Shown: piece by piece, positions 1 through 13,165 of the stretch
Position numbering within the stretch: the stretch's first letter is position 1
Layout of the letters: each line of letters begins with the position of its first letter
Origin: Kudoa neothunni
Taxonomy: Eukaryota > Animalia > Cnidaria
Direction of reading: 5' to 3'
Assembly (NCBI GenBank): GCA_964304625.1
Contig: OZ199840.1
Span: 5,938,584-6,002,583, forward strand
Length of the DNA: 64,000 nucleotides
Program-made: the position numbers and the translations under genes
The notes under the pieces: generated by a model
What the model saw: the letters and a program-made list of their open reading frames with translations, nothing else
The model's database searches: none
Told to the model about the DNA's origin: nothing

Positions 1-729
1 ATAATAGAGTAAATACTCTTTCTGTTGTCAGCAGAACTTGTTATAAGACGAAATTGTTCAGAAATATTCTTTTTAAATTAATTCCTGAAATTTTAATAAG
101 TTTCTATAACTATGTTATCATACATGTAACTAACGTTTATAAGCTCAGCTTTTAAGAATATTCTACCATAATTAATATAGTTTTTTGAAAATTAAATAAA
201 AATGTATAATTACTTTATTGGGACATTAAAAAATGTTTATTTTAATTAAATAATTAATATAAATTTTATAAATTTGTAGATATAAATATGTTAAACTACT
301 TTGCTGCTCGACCAAATAAATTATTTGTATATTAAGCATCGTGTGAACTAGCTCATTAGTATTACTTTATTGAAAATAAATATTGATAAATTATCGGATT
401 GATATAAATAATATTCTCTTATTTTTGAAAATAGAGTAAAATACATTTGATCCCCATTATTTATTAGTTGTAGGTGCGCTTTAAAGGTCAGTATATTACA
501 AAGTTAAGTCATCAGAATATATAAATATGAAGTTTAACCGTAAAAATCTTGATGTAATCCGTTTCTTAATAGGGTCGTCCTACATATTATTCAAAGGAAC
601 ATAATTTTTAGATATATTTATCATTAAATGCTATTTATAAATTATAATGTTAAATCTTATGGTGTACCAATTTAAAGTAAATTTATAAAACACGAGATTC
701 TAATCTGCCGGGTCAATAGTCACTGCCTT

Positions 730-1556
730 TTTTTAATTCAAATCATGATTTGGTTTCATTATTTATGAGTATTTTTGAGATATCCAAGGAATCATTAAGC
801 GAGTTACATATTTACCGTAAATTCATTTTGATGTCTTTCTCCACTGTATGATTTTTCAACGTCGATCGAATCCAAGAGTTCATATGGTTTTGCACATCTG
901 CATAATTGGATGAAATGTAATTACAATATTTCCATTACAGATAAATTAAATAATTCAAAAATTCCCAGGAAATTTTTCCATTAAACAGAAAAGAAAAAAA
1001 TTTCGGAAATATATCCAAATTTGTTTATTTGTTGGTTATTGAGATGCCTACAATAATTAATGAACAAACTGAAGGTTGCTTTCCGTCCGATCAATTTTTC
1101 GAAATCTTTATTTTTCGCAAGATTGTAATTTTAATAATTTAAATTATCTGACATTCCACAATTCGTTTGCAGCAGCATAGGGGAAGAAGGAAATCTTCGG
1201 AGTGAATTTTTAACATTTCCGCGCTCTAAAACAGGTAATGTATCCGATTCTTGCAATTCTTGAGAAACATACGATAAATCGCTTCAAACTATTTCAAAAA
1301 TCAGTAAAAATTTAAATGTAATTCCATTATCATCTATATCAGTCGAACGTAGTTTTTCCGAAATGAAACATGTATTCTCACAATTTAGGACGCGTTCGTC
1401 AAATGAAAGATTTAGAATACATGCCATACTATATTATAACGGAAAGATATAAAATTATATTATTTTTCCCGTATTGTTTGATTTTGGACAGAATATTTTG
1501 TGGGATCATGTGCACTAGTTGAAATAGGAAATAAACGTCGAAAACGGTATTCCCTA
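730..1556 (+). mobile_element. Degenerate hAT (CGGBP/DUF659-type) transposon, 3' part with right TIR
   Basis: Broken frames read ...SIESKSSYGFAHLHNW... and ...IPLSSISVERSFSEMKHVF...AILYYNGKI* (hAT dimerisation motif), homologous to the copy at 4381-7190. The terminus at 1527-1556 (revcomp TAGGGAATACCGTTTTCGACGTTTATT) matches TAGACATTGCCGTGTTCGACGTTTATT at 4381. Left boundary approximate. Confidence 0.8.
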
Positions 1557-2678
1557 GTTATAATTCATTTTGTAAACTATCTATAAAACAAAGGTTATTC
1601 AGTAGATTATTTGATAAAAACTGAAAATTTCCAAAATATATTTCTTCATGTTGTATAGTATGCAATTTAGATTGATTACTCCTTTTACAACAACCTATTT
1701 TTGCGAAACTAGATTTCCGTGTTGGTTAGCAGAAAAATAATCACGAAATCATTTATATGCGTGTTGCTCTTTCAAATACTTGTCAGAATTCTATGAATAT
1801 ATTGGTAAAAATAAACCACAAAAATCTCATTAAATATTCTTTTGATGTCTATTATTTTTAAAAAAGTAGAATTTTTGCATGGGTCTCGCTCGCATTCTAT
1901 TATATAACAATTCCTCCTTTGTTGAATCCTTATTGTAATAAACACAATGGTTAACGAAAATAAAGATTTTATACAGCACAACTATTTCGATTATTACTAA
2001 AGCATTTTTCACTCAGAAATTTTTTATGGATTTGACTTTTAAACATTTATCCATTTATATATGCTAATTCAATAAACTTCATTGAACTTTTTATTTTAAA
2101 ATATTATGCATCATTGACTATATTTGGATCGAATTTAATAATTTATAAGAAAATACAAGGAAGGATTTCATAGTTTTTATTTTTTGTTTTAATACAAAAA
2201 TTATTTTACGTCATAGTGATTGAAAATTTTTAATACGCATTTTAAATCAAAAGTACTGCATAATTAATTTACATAAAAAATATCTTAATATAATTGGGAA
2301 TATTAGATGAATAATTTAAGTTTTTTCTTTCGTTCCCAAACATTTCGTTTTCTTCAAGCATTTTTTAAATTAAACTAATATTAAAATTATATACAATTTG
2401 AATGTTATTTCTTTTTAAATATATAATTTAACAATAGGTTAAATTCTTTTGTAATCTGTTTAATGAAATGGGCATTGGGAACGACAGGGTAAAATTTTTA
2501 TATGTATGATTGGATTACGCGCTAAAACAAGATGGGGTTCGTGATAAGTCCATAGAACAAATTAGTCATCCTCCTCAAGGAGAACTATTTTTATCGCCTC
2601 ATCAGAGCAAAAATAGGATTAAAGGCGGAAAAATGTTTGAAAATCGGTTAACTACTTACTGTAATTCATATTTCTGTT

Positions 2679-3147
2679 TGTTTTTTGTTTACAAGGTAAA
2701 ACCCCTGGCGCAACTTATTAGGTTGTGGAATTCTGGTTGGTCAGACCTCTTCTATTAACGCTTTAAGCACCGCAGGACGTAACATAAACCCCGCCCCTTA
2801 TCTTTATGCAGTAGCGTGGGACTTTAACCCATTAAACATCCTCGTCTCAGGGTGACCACCACCTCAAACCCTATCCTATCCCTTTTAGGACGTTGACTCT
2901 GTGGGAACTGAAAATTACTTGCCTTTCGATTTTCGATGGTTTCAAGAGATTCAAACTCTTATTCACGCGAATCTGGCCGCCAGTGCATCCCACTCCACAA
3001 CGAGCGTACACTTTAACCACAGCTCCCAAATATGGTACAGAGACCTACCGACACGGATGCAGTAATCTGACCACCGGTGGATTCGAACCCATTACCTCAT
3101 GGTTCTGAGTCCTAGTGTCACACCGAAGAGCTATCTGTCCTCGGCTC
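2679..3147 (-). mobile_element. tRNA-derived SINE
   Basis: The minus-strand 5' head has an A-box-like TAGCTCTTCGG and a B-box GGTTCGAATCC. It is followed by a GC-richer body of about 400 bp and an A-rich tail. Imperfect flanking direct repeat CATATTTCTGTT (2667-2678) / CATATTTTAGTT (3148-3159). No canonical cloverleaf. Confidence 0.7.
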
Positions 3148-5847
3148 CATATTTTAGTTATTTGTTCCATTACTTGCACTAAGGTCCAAAGCCTTGCCGT
3201 TTGTTGAACATAGATTAATGATTTATCTTTGAGTGAACGTTAATTATCATTAAGATTCGCACATATATCAGAAAAAATATGCCGAGTAATCTTATCGTGA
3301 AAAATTAGAAACAATTTGTTTAGTTGATTATTTAAGAGCAGTTAGGTTTTTGAAATATTATTAAAAAATTAATTAATCTTCTTATTTTATTAGTTTTTTT
3401 AGATGTATTCGTAGCTGTTGAGACAAATTTTGTTATCAAAATAATGTAAAAGTTAATTAATCAATTATTCGCATTAGTCTTGGTTATATTGATGTGGTTG
3501 GTATTAGAGTTGACTATTAATAGCGTCTAATTTTTCAGAATTAATAGACAATTGCCGCCCAACGTAAAAAATATTCTTTAAAAAAAATCAATAACAAACC
3601 ATCTTACAAAATTCACTGTTTTGAGTTATTTTTTTTAAACAGCATGGTAATGAACTATGAAAACACCAAAGATTAGCCATAACATAACTAATCAAAATAT
3701 TCCGGAAATAAATTAATACATATCCCATAAATGATAATTGGTCGTAATTTGCATCCGTCTGCATAAATAAGGAAACTTTAACAATCATAAAGATCGTTGT
3801 GAAAGATAAATGGGAAATAATTATATTAAGAAATTAGCATAATCCTTTTTAACATGAAAGATATACTATGTGATTTGGAACCTTTGGTTGGTGTTATCAC
3901 ATATTTAATTTGTTGACAACACAAATACTAATCTTAGCAGTATTGTCGGAATGCAGCATCTTATTTACTTGGTTCTTCATGTCCTTTTATTGAGCAAACT
4001 TTTGGTTTCAAATGGAAACGATGATCCACAAGTAACAATTTCTGTTATTCTTTAGCCATAAATCTTATAAAAAATAAAAAAGTATTCCATATTGATAGTC
4101 AAAGACACCTCACTCGATAAGTTTTATTGTTACGATCGAATGACGATACTCGAAAATGGCCAACGTTGGATTACACCGTTACGTATCTACGGAGAAGTAA
4201 GTTTGGGTAAATAAAGTCGAAATCAAATTATTTCTGATTGAAAATTTTTAAAGTTTATAAAAGGAAAGTTTATTTAATATTTTTGAGAAAAAAGTCTATC
4301 ATTCCTACTATTTAATTACACTAACTTTTGGTATGGTGAAATTTTTTAAATTTATGTAAATTATTCTAAAATGTTACAAATAGACATTGCCGTGTTCGAC
4401 GTTTATTCTTGGAAAAATCGACGATTATTTTTAATCCTGTCATGCGCGGAAACGTAATGCGCAGAAATTTCAAAACAAAAAAAATTTTAATTAAAATATG
4501 TTAAATTAAACAGTTAATTTTCCATTAAAATATAATATTGACAACATGCGAGAACGATCTGGTGACAGTTTCCCTCTATCCATGGGCAACATATGCTTTA
4601 ATTTTGAAAAGTTACGTTCGACTGTGATCATAGACAGCGGAATTGATGTCAAATCTAAAGCAACTTTTGAAAGTATGGGATACTTTCTAGTATACTCTTC
4701 TTCCGGCGTAATTCCAAAATTTTTTCCTTGAGCGTCACATTTAGGGAAGTTTATATATTCACTATTGAGTTCACCAGGGTCGTTGTTTTCAACATAAGGA
4801 GAAATTAGTTCGAGATTAACATTTTTAAAATTAGGACTGCATAGACCAAGAGCATCCATCGTTTTTAAGCAATCCGGCGAATGGAAACAACCTTCAGTCT
4901 GCTTTGTCACTATTGTTGATAGTTTCAAAATCAAGGAATCGATGAATTGTGTCATTTTCTCCTAGATCTTTTGTCGACGACCAAGAGGAAATATTGAAAT
5001 AACATTTTCATAATTGCTTAATATTTCTTCCTTAGGAATATTATTATATTTATAGTTTATCCAATTGTAAAGATGTGCAAACCCAAAGAAATTATCAGAT
5101 TCAATTAAGGATGAGTATTTGTATAATGGATCAAGGGAAGATATTATAAATCGTATATAAATAGACAATTCGTTAAAAGATTCTTCGGAGAGTTCAATGT
5201 ATTTAATAAATTTGGAGAGAGATTCGTGTCCGGATTCCAGAAAAAGTTTTTTATTTCTGGGAAATAATATCTACAACGAAGAAAACACTTGTAAAAGCTG
5301 CACCACCTAATGTCGGTTGTAATTTCTTTACGATATTCGATTTTTTGTTTATCCAAATAATGCAAAAAGCTAGTTTTTGCCTAACAATGCAGAAAAGTTC
5401 ATACAAGGATGTTTTACATGATGGAACATAGTATCCATTGATTTTTTCACGGAAAAATGGATAGGATGTGAAAAACACGACATCCTAATGATATTATGAT
5501 ACATGGTAGATATACTTCTATAATATTTTTTCATATATGATGCAGAATCATATACAATTGCCATGTATTGTTTCCACATAATTTCGTAATTATTTACGGT
5601 TTCCGATACTTCAATGGAAATTATAATGGCACTGCATTCACGAAGAATTTTTGAATCAAGCATAAGTACTCTCCTCGCTGATATCTCATGATCGTAAAAA
5701 CAAGCCACAATATTTAGCAAAGACCTATTTCTAAAATTTGGCGATTCATCGATAATGAGAGAAAATTGCTTATTTTTTAGCAATGATTTCATACATTCAT
5801 TATTTTGTTGAAAAAATGGCAATTGCTTTTCAACCAAAGCTCGACTA

Positions 5848-6745
5848 GGGGCGTACCTCGATTTTGCGTTATTCGGTATTGCGTAATAGTCCAATATCTC
5901 GTTTATTTTTTAATTGTTTATAAATTTGGATACTGCTCAATAATTGTTACACTATTATCTCGTAAAATATGCGTAAAAATATCTATAAATAAAAAAATTA
6001 ATATGAAATTGCTCAGTATTGCGAAGTAATTTTGTATTGCGGAGAAATTCTAGGAAACCTCGTTTTGGTTCGACACTGCGTAGTAAATTTGACCATGTCA
6101 AGAATACAGGGGGATGTTGAAAAGAAATTTAAAATTATCAGTTGTTACAATTAAATTAAGTAAATGAGGAGTTAAAAAATGAATAGCTTAGAAATTGGAC
6201 CTTAGTAATAGAATAATTATGTATTGGTAAAAAGTACATTTCAAATATAAAGAACATCCAACCCACGGTAGAATTTTTTGGGAGGAACAAAAACTTTCCA
6301 GCTACGACATTTCTAACAAACGAAAATTTGAATGAAGGAGAGACTTTATTAGTGAACCATGCGCCAGTATCTCTGATGATAAATGTCAAAAAAACAACAA
6401 TTAATCGTCAAACTGTCAACATCTAAAATTAAGGATGCTTTAACAACTCTTAGACAAACCTTTGCAAGCCAAGGTTCTGAAGGTCTATGCGATTTACATC
6501 CTGTTATGGATCGAAAATCAGCTATTTTAAAAGAAAGAGAACCGCAGATTAAAATGGTGTGAACTTTCTCTAGAGATATAATTAAAATTAGAAAACCCTT
6601 ATTTTCATTATATAGATGAATTTATGTTTAAAAAGGAGCTAATAAATGATTTAATCGATTTTTTGCAGAATGCGATTGATCAAAACTCGATATTGCGTAG
6701 TAAATTGGGACAGCCAGCTTACTACGCAATACCGAGACACCACTG
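5848..6745. mobile_element. pogo/Tigger-type non-autonomous element inserted at TA inside the hAT transposase
   Basis: Ends TA|GGGGCGTACCTCGATTTTGCG ... CGCAATACCGAGACACCACTG|TA. Removing it with one TA restores the hAT frame (SRSLPN|SRALVEKQLP). Confidence 0.75.
6107..6660 (+). mobile_element. Tc1/IS630-like transposase remnant inside the pogo-type element
   Basis: Begins TA|CAGGGGGATGTTGAAAAG (Tc1/mariner-like end). Fragments read ...KERE..RLKWCE...FHYIDE, resembling the first catalytic Asp motif. Heavily decayed; right end not found. Confidence 0.45.
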
Positions 6746-8099
6746 TATTAGGTAATGATCTGGAAGGCACTCAGTATTTAGCCAATAACTTGCGTAAGGT
6801 ATTTTTTTATCGATGAAAGACCATCATACACAACCATGGAAACCAAATCTATTTCGATATCAATGTTACTCTTATCTCTAAAAAGGAGATTAAAAACTGG
6901 TCGAGAACTTTCATGAGATAATTTCGTAGATATATGTTTATTCGAGTTGATGTAGTCTACAACTCTATTTTATTGCATAGGTAGTTTTATTTTGCAATAT
7001 TTGCAAACAAGATGTTCATCTATGATTTCCAAATCAGCCAATTCTCCCCCAAAACTGTCAACTGATCTTCGCTTTCTACCCATTTTAAATTTAAACTTGC
7101 TAGCAAGAAAGGCCAAAAAATAAACGTCGAAAATTTTTTTAAAATTCGACGATTAAAATAAAAAACAATATGCGGTTTAATATACTAAAATGATAATTTA
7201 ACCCATTAAGGTTTGTTGGGTTGGTATTGACCCAGTCATCATCGCTCGATATTTTTTTACATTTATAATGTTTTGGCAATATTAACGAAAACCGTATACT
7301 TTATTGTTAAATTTCTAAAATTACTATTTTATAACTGTAAAGTAGTTTAATCATTCATATATCATATAATTTGTGAACAGGAGGCCAGTGGAGCCCAAAA
7401 GTGAGAAAATATTTTAGTTATTTCATCAATTTCTATGTCAGCCTAATCTATGCTCAACTAACATTATTATTTTTAAAAACAACATAGATATTAAGGATTT
7501 CAAAATTTTTTCAGGTACATTAATTTCGTGTTTATTACAAAATTACCTTTTGGGGTAATAGATAATGAGGTTTTTCTACGCCGTATAAAAATGTTCCAAA
7601 TTATAAAATATAATTTTTTTAAATACAAAATCGTAAAATAGATCAATCCTTTTCCTGAATCAAATTAAAAATTCGTTCGTGGTTTTTAAGAGCCGTTAAC
7701 CACAATATTGTAATATGCAAATTTTTCTACTTTAAAGGACTAAAAACGCTTGCATAATACGAATATCAAAAGGTATGTTTAATAGATTTATGAATCATAA
7801 AGTATTAAAGCAATTGTCACAACGACTAATTTTTTATGTAATTCTAATATTGTATTTATCTATCAACAAACACTTAAGTCGTACCACTAATTTTATTATT
7901 ATATTTTTGGAAGACTATTATATCTATACCCAAGTTTTCCTATTAAAAACTAACATTACTTAAAAGTTTGAAATTTACTATTTTTTAAAAATTTAATGGA
8001 TACGGGATGAAGGTCTAAAGATACAAAAAATCAATTAACTCATATATAATTATGTTCAGATTATTCAGTAACACGGTTGTTCAGTTTCAATACATTAAA

Positions 8100-8338
8100 G
8101 GCACTAGCTATTGAGGCGGAAGTTTTTAATCCATAATGGTGACGTCGCATACGCGTCGTCAAGTTTAATCCCAGTAACTCCTATTTATAATCGACCTATA
8201 AAGTTTCTTTCATAGAATATGCAGAATTTAATTATTTTTGACCTTTCGCTGCCGCTCCTAGGGGCCAAAAATAATTAAATGCAGTCAAAACTATACATAC
8301 CTACCTGGATATTCTGATCCGTGCTAATAGCCACGTCC
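8100..8338. mobile_element. Mutator-family MITE (239 bp)
   Basis: TIRs GGCACTAGCTATTGAGGCGG / CCGTGCTAATAGCCACGTCC. Perfect 9-bp TSD TACATTAAA at 8091-8099 and 8339-8347. Confidence 0.85.
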
Positions 8339-8985
8339 TACATTAAATATCGATTATTGCACTGAAATCATTATTATAACAGTATTTTATTATTGTGAAT
8401 GCGAATAAAAAATATCATTCCTGAGTTTAAAGGTGTTATAAATGGAGTTAACTGTAAAAGCATACAAAAATAGCTAAAATTATAAGTTCTTACTAATAAA
8501 ATAAGGATTAACAAATATTTTTTACCTAATAATCGAAACGGATGAGTCGTAAATATCACGAAACAAAATTCATATAATTAAAGGAATGAGTTACCGCATG
8601 TCTATTTTCGTCTAAAATCTATATGGAAATAGAAAAATTTATTAAAATTTTACGAAGATTAGTCAAAATAAAACCTTGATTTATTTTTGGATAAACATTT
8701 ATAGTTATAATTTTAAGTTTGAAAAGTTTCTCCTTTATTCTTAAAAATTACAGCAAAATAAACAAACCTATATTTATTCTCTACGGCTCTTAATGAATTT
8801 TCTCAGTTTTTACTGAGTAATTAGTAAAATCAATCAGTTGTAACAAAAATTTAAAAAAGATAACTTCATTAGATAAAGTTAGTAAATTTTTTGGTTCTGA
8901 CGGTACAACTTGACTTAAACATGATTCTGCTATTACGTTAATAATGGTAAGATCAAGTAAATTACAAAAAACCCAGAGTTTAATG

Positions 8986-9677
8986 CAGTGTTTCCCGACG
9001 TGGGTCTCACGCCCCACCTGTGGGACATGGAAGAATTTTATTGAGGTATGGAAATTACTGAAGGTTTAATGAACTGGCCTGGTGCAACGTGGATAATGGT
9101 GAGATTATTGGGCAGTATATCACGATTTTCGATATCGCTTATTTATAAGTGACGCTTAGTACCATAAAAAATACAAAAAGCAATGACTACTTACATATAA
9201 AACAACAATAATATTTAACGTGAGCTTCATGCAAATAGAATCAGAATGATATGAATCTCAATTTTGTCTCATTTAGAATCATATATCTTTTTTTGATTAA
9301 ACCTAATATAATATTGATTAATTTTGTATCTATATTATTTATTTTCGGTTCATTAGCCCCCTTTACACAAAAGTCTTTCCTAATGAAGGTTGGATTACCA
9401 CTAATTTCACATAATGCTGTTTTTGACGGAATGGTGAACTAGATGTTAATTTTTAAGACCCATTCATAAATTAAGTTAAATCAGATCGACAACATTTTAA
9501 TTTTAATTAAAAAAGGAATATATATTAATTTTTTTCAAATTTTAATGTGATAGGTACCTTTATTAAAAATTATCAACAATTTAATTACAAAAAATCAATA
9601 ATTTTGAAAAAGGTAGGGATACGGAATTTCTTCAAAGAGAAAGTGGGGCGCGATAGAAAAAAGGTTGCAAAACACTG
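8986..9677. mobile_element. hAT (Charlie-like) MITE (692 bp)
   Basis: TIRs CAGTGTTTCCCGAC / GTTGCAAAACACTG with subterminal CGCCCCAC/GTGGGGCG. Perfect 8-bp TSD GTTTAATG. Confidence 0.9.
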
Positions 9678-9989
9678 GTTTAATGTATTATGTAGGATAA
9701 ATTTATCAATTATTTGTAGATCCTAACCAAAGCTAAGATTAAAAGTATGGTTTTCTCCGTATAATGAACGCAGACTTATTAGTGCAACTCGGACTCAATA
9801 GTACGCTTCCTCAGCCAATTAACTCCGAAAGTACAATAGTTCGGCTGTCTGCCAGACTTGATTTTATGTTGCTATTTTTAAATTTGAAGATATACATATA
9901 TTAAAAGAAATTAATTAACAAATATAAAAAACTAGAATTTTTTTTATCATATTGGCATTTACTTAGTAAACTAAATTTAATAGTGGATA

Positions 9990-11593
9990 TGAGTACCAAT
10001 TGGTATGTGAATCAAGGTGTTCGAATATGCAATTGGGATAATAACCAGATAAAAGTGGTTTCTGTCTATTATATCTACTTGTTGAGATACCAATATGAGT
10101 ATTCATTTATTCTAATGCAGCTAACTTTAAAATATCTATTCCATTCGTAGATTCTCTGATGTCGAATTTATAGATATTTCAAAATATGACACGCTATTTG
10201 TATCTTCACCAGATAATTACAAGATAATTTTGAGCAACCAACTAAAAGTTAATGAACAAAGCAGTGGTCTGATTGAACTGTTAAGATATTTCTATAATTT
10301 TTACGAAGACGTAAACATTCGATCTTCAACATGAGATTAATGTGAGTTAAAGGAGCTGGCATTGAAGCCATATATTATAATGTCCTCAACGCAATTTTCC
10401 ATCGGATTTTTCACTAACAACCCCGGTCTATATGATGATTGGATGGTGAGAGAATTTCTCATAAAAAACAAGAAGTACACTGTAGTTGTGAATGAATTCC
10501 ACTGTATGAGCCTCAATAATGTAGCAAAAGCGACCTACGTTCAATTGATCAATGTAAACATTTATTTAATATGATCTGATATCATATTAATTGATAGGAG
10601 TTATTGGATTTGGATGACGTCTATAATCCCAAGAAAATTGCCCATCCCTGCATTAGTAAAGGGTTAGAAATTGTGATAAACTCTACTAAGTTAAAATATT
10701 ATTGTTTGACGAAACCTACACGTAAATTTCGATTTGCATTTGTGGGTGAATACGACCTGAAAGCTTGCACCACACTGCTCATTGCAATCTTCTACAATAG
10801 TGAGATGTGTGGGAGAAACAAACACTGTAACTTTTCAAGTCTTACAAAAAAAATTTTACCCTCAGATATTAAATATTTATACGTATTTTATAAAGTAATA
10901 CAAATTTTACATCCTATTGTAGATATTTAATGAGGATTTTGAGTCCCTCGGCGAATCAACTGATACTATAAAAAAAACCCTGATTCTTCAGAGGGATGAA
11001 GCTTGCGTATACAGTAATAAACTATCAAAGGAAGTATGATGTCTCAATGTTACTTACAGTAAAAATTTTTCCAGGATTATTTAACTCTCGTTTATAAGTG
11101 TTTACATTTGAATATAATTTATGCTTTACTGAGTGATCTTTTACAAGATGACGAAGATTTTACGATATACCTAACTAAAATGTACAAATGTCTGTTGACA
11201 TAATACTTATTTACAATAATTAGAACGGTACTTATGAATACTTATGAATACATATATCTATTTGTTGACCCTATGTTTGGTTCTATTATTTTAGAAGAAG
11301 AAAAAATACTACCGTAAATATAATGATTTTTTTTTTATTACGTATTTATTTTCAGGGAACCGATTCAATTTATCCCCTCGGAATGGTCACTGATACAAAC
11401 TGAGATCACAACGAAAGCTTTTACTGTTACTGGTGCGACGTTGTTCTCTAAACCATTCGCTCCGTTCGTGGTGGATATCAAAATAAACAGATTTTTAATC
11501 AGAAGAAAACACATTATTCTCATAACAACGATCGTATTATCTATTATTTCGTTGGCTCTACAATCTGCCATGGCTTTTTTTATCTACAGATGA
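9990..11593 (+). pseudogene. Decayed multi-exon gene for an unidentified protein with a C-terminal TM helix
   Basis: The last exon after the TTTTCAG acceptor (11355) reads EPIQFIPSEWSL...RRKHIILITTIVLSIISLALQSAMAFFIYR*. Upstream exon-like blocks (10362-10930) contain stops and cannot be spliced cleanly. Confidence 0.35.
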
Positions 11594-12866
11594 AAATCTA
11601 AACATTTATGGGCAATTATAAATGACCATTAAGCCAATTTCCAACACTCATAATCCCTCTCTGTTCTACGCATTTTATCAGTATTAAAGTATATTTCGTT
11701 GTATTATTCGGAAGTTGTTTCACTTTTGACGTTATAAATACCAGAACATGACAAAGTAATTTTTGCATTCAACCTACCCACCAATAAAATTATAATATTT
11801 TCGTTTTTTCTTCCACATGGCCGATACAATATTATAGTGACATGTTATTTTATATTTTCTAAATTTGTCATAAATCAAGCGGTCATAAAAGTTATTTCAA
11901 CAAAAAATCAAAAAACTTTAGTATGCACCCTATCCTATAGAAATCAACCTTTAGTTTGATGTCATATGAGATCGGGTTTATTTAGACGAACCTTGGGTAG
12001 CGCCTTTTTCGCATTGCGAAAATTATTAAATTTATTTCATTGTTGATAATTTCTAGTAAACGGAATGTATTAAATGACAGCATATACTTTTTAAAATTTA
12101 TTCATTGAACTTTAATCATTTTGTTATATTTTATTTGATTAAATTTAAAGTTATTTAAACATTAAACATTTTAATGCAACTATAGAGACCCGACATAATC
12201 TCAATGTTGAAAATATTCATAAATATTAACATAACAAAAATTTTGGAATCATCTAAATGTACTTTTGGAGCAGAAAAGTGTATATATTTCATTGAAATTT
12301 GGAAGTTAATACTTATAATTTTGAAATCAAAAATCAACAGTTTGCCTTTAAAAAGACCCTATTCTATCATAATACGATTTTTCGAGCCATATAGAATATA
12401 AGGGAGTATATAATGATATTATGTCAGAATATTTTTATATTAATACCTAATATTTTCAAGACAGTGGCGATTGACACGACAATAGATTTCTCCAAAATCA
12501 CTGATAGTTCAAGTCTATCAATTTATATATTGTTATAACATATTGTTTTATATTAAATAATAGAATTTTGTGAAAAAAGCTGTTTATCTAACTTTGGGAT
12601 TTAATGACAACATTTTCACGAAATTCAACTAATACATAATATATAAATTATTTATTTTTAAATATATTATTACATTGAGCTATAATGTATATTTTAAAAT
12701 GCAACTCGAAAGAATATCTTCTTTACAAAATTAGAAATGAGCAGATTAAATTTAAGTCTTGATATCAGTTAAGTTTAATTCTGACGTTGCAAAGTTAACA
12801 GTAAATGTAAACAAACATTCGTAATCAATGTAAAAGTTAACAATCGACTTTAATATAATTAAATTA

Positions 12867-13165
12867 ATTAGAATGTTTATTTAATTGAGCGAAGGCTTTT
12901 TCTTTTTCGTTGTCTCTTAATTGCTGCTAATCCATAACTTTTAGGCCTCCCAACAGCCTTAACTTTATTAGGAAGTGTAAGTTCTAAAGCATAATAATAC
13001 TTGCCACACTAAGTTATATATCTTTTAAATCTGGGATTTATTGATTCTTTGTTTTCGACATCAGTTATGCCCGGGATAGGGGCAATTCCAATGACATTTT
13101 TTTCAGGCGGTTCAGGTGGTGATGTATCATTTATTGGCGGAATTACAACAAGACTACTTTCTACT
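12867..13165 (-). mobile_element. Possible Mutator/ZSWIM-type transposase C-terminal remnant
   Basis: Reads ELTLPNKVKAVGRPKSYGLAAIKRQRKRKAF, like the LPxKVxxxGRPK tail of MULE transposases. A stop lies upstream. Confidence 0.35.

Larger units (their letters stand above)
4381..7190 (-). mobile_element. Degenerate hAT transposon with CGGBP-like zinc finger, interrupted by a nested insertion
   Basis: N-terminus from ATG near 7083 reads MGRKRRS...LVCKYCKIK...SNKH. Catalytic region reads FSLIIDESPN...AIVYDSASYM...SCFSH, TTDIRWCS, and KYPILSKVALDLTSIPLSMITVERNFS. Frameshifts and stops are present. TIR at 4381; 5' boundary approximate. Confidence 0.85.

Noticed and set aside
3070-3140. Functional tRNA gene (apparent CAG anticodon)
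   Set aside because: Stems pair poorly, there is no Leu-type variable arm, and it continues into a SINE-like body.
1772-3788. Short hydrophobic ORFs in the track here and elsewhere (e.g. 7775, 8374, 12155, 49691, 59433, 63665)
   Set aside because: Their I/F/K/Y-rich composition is what random AT-rich DNA gives. They have no motifs or supporting splice structure, and some lie inside repeats.
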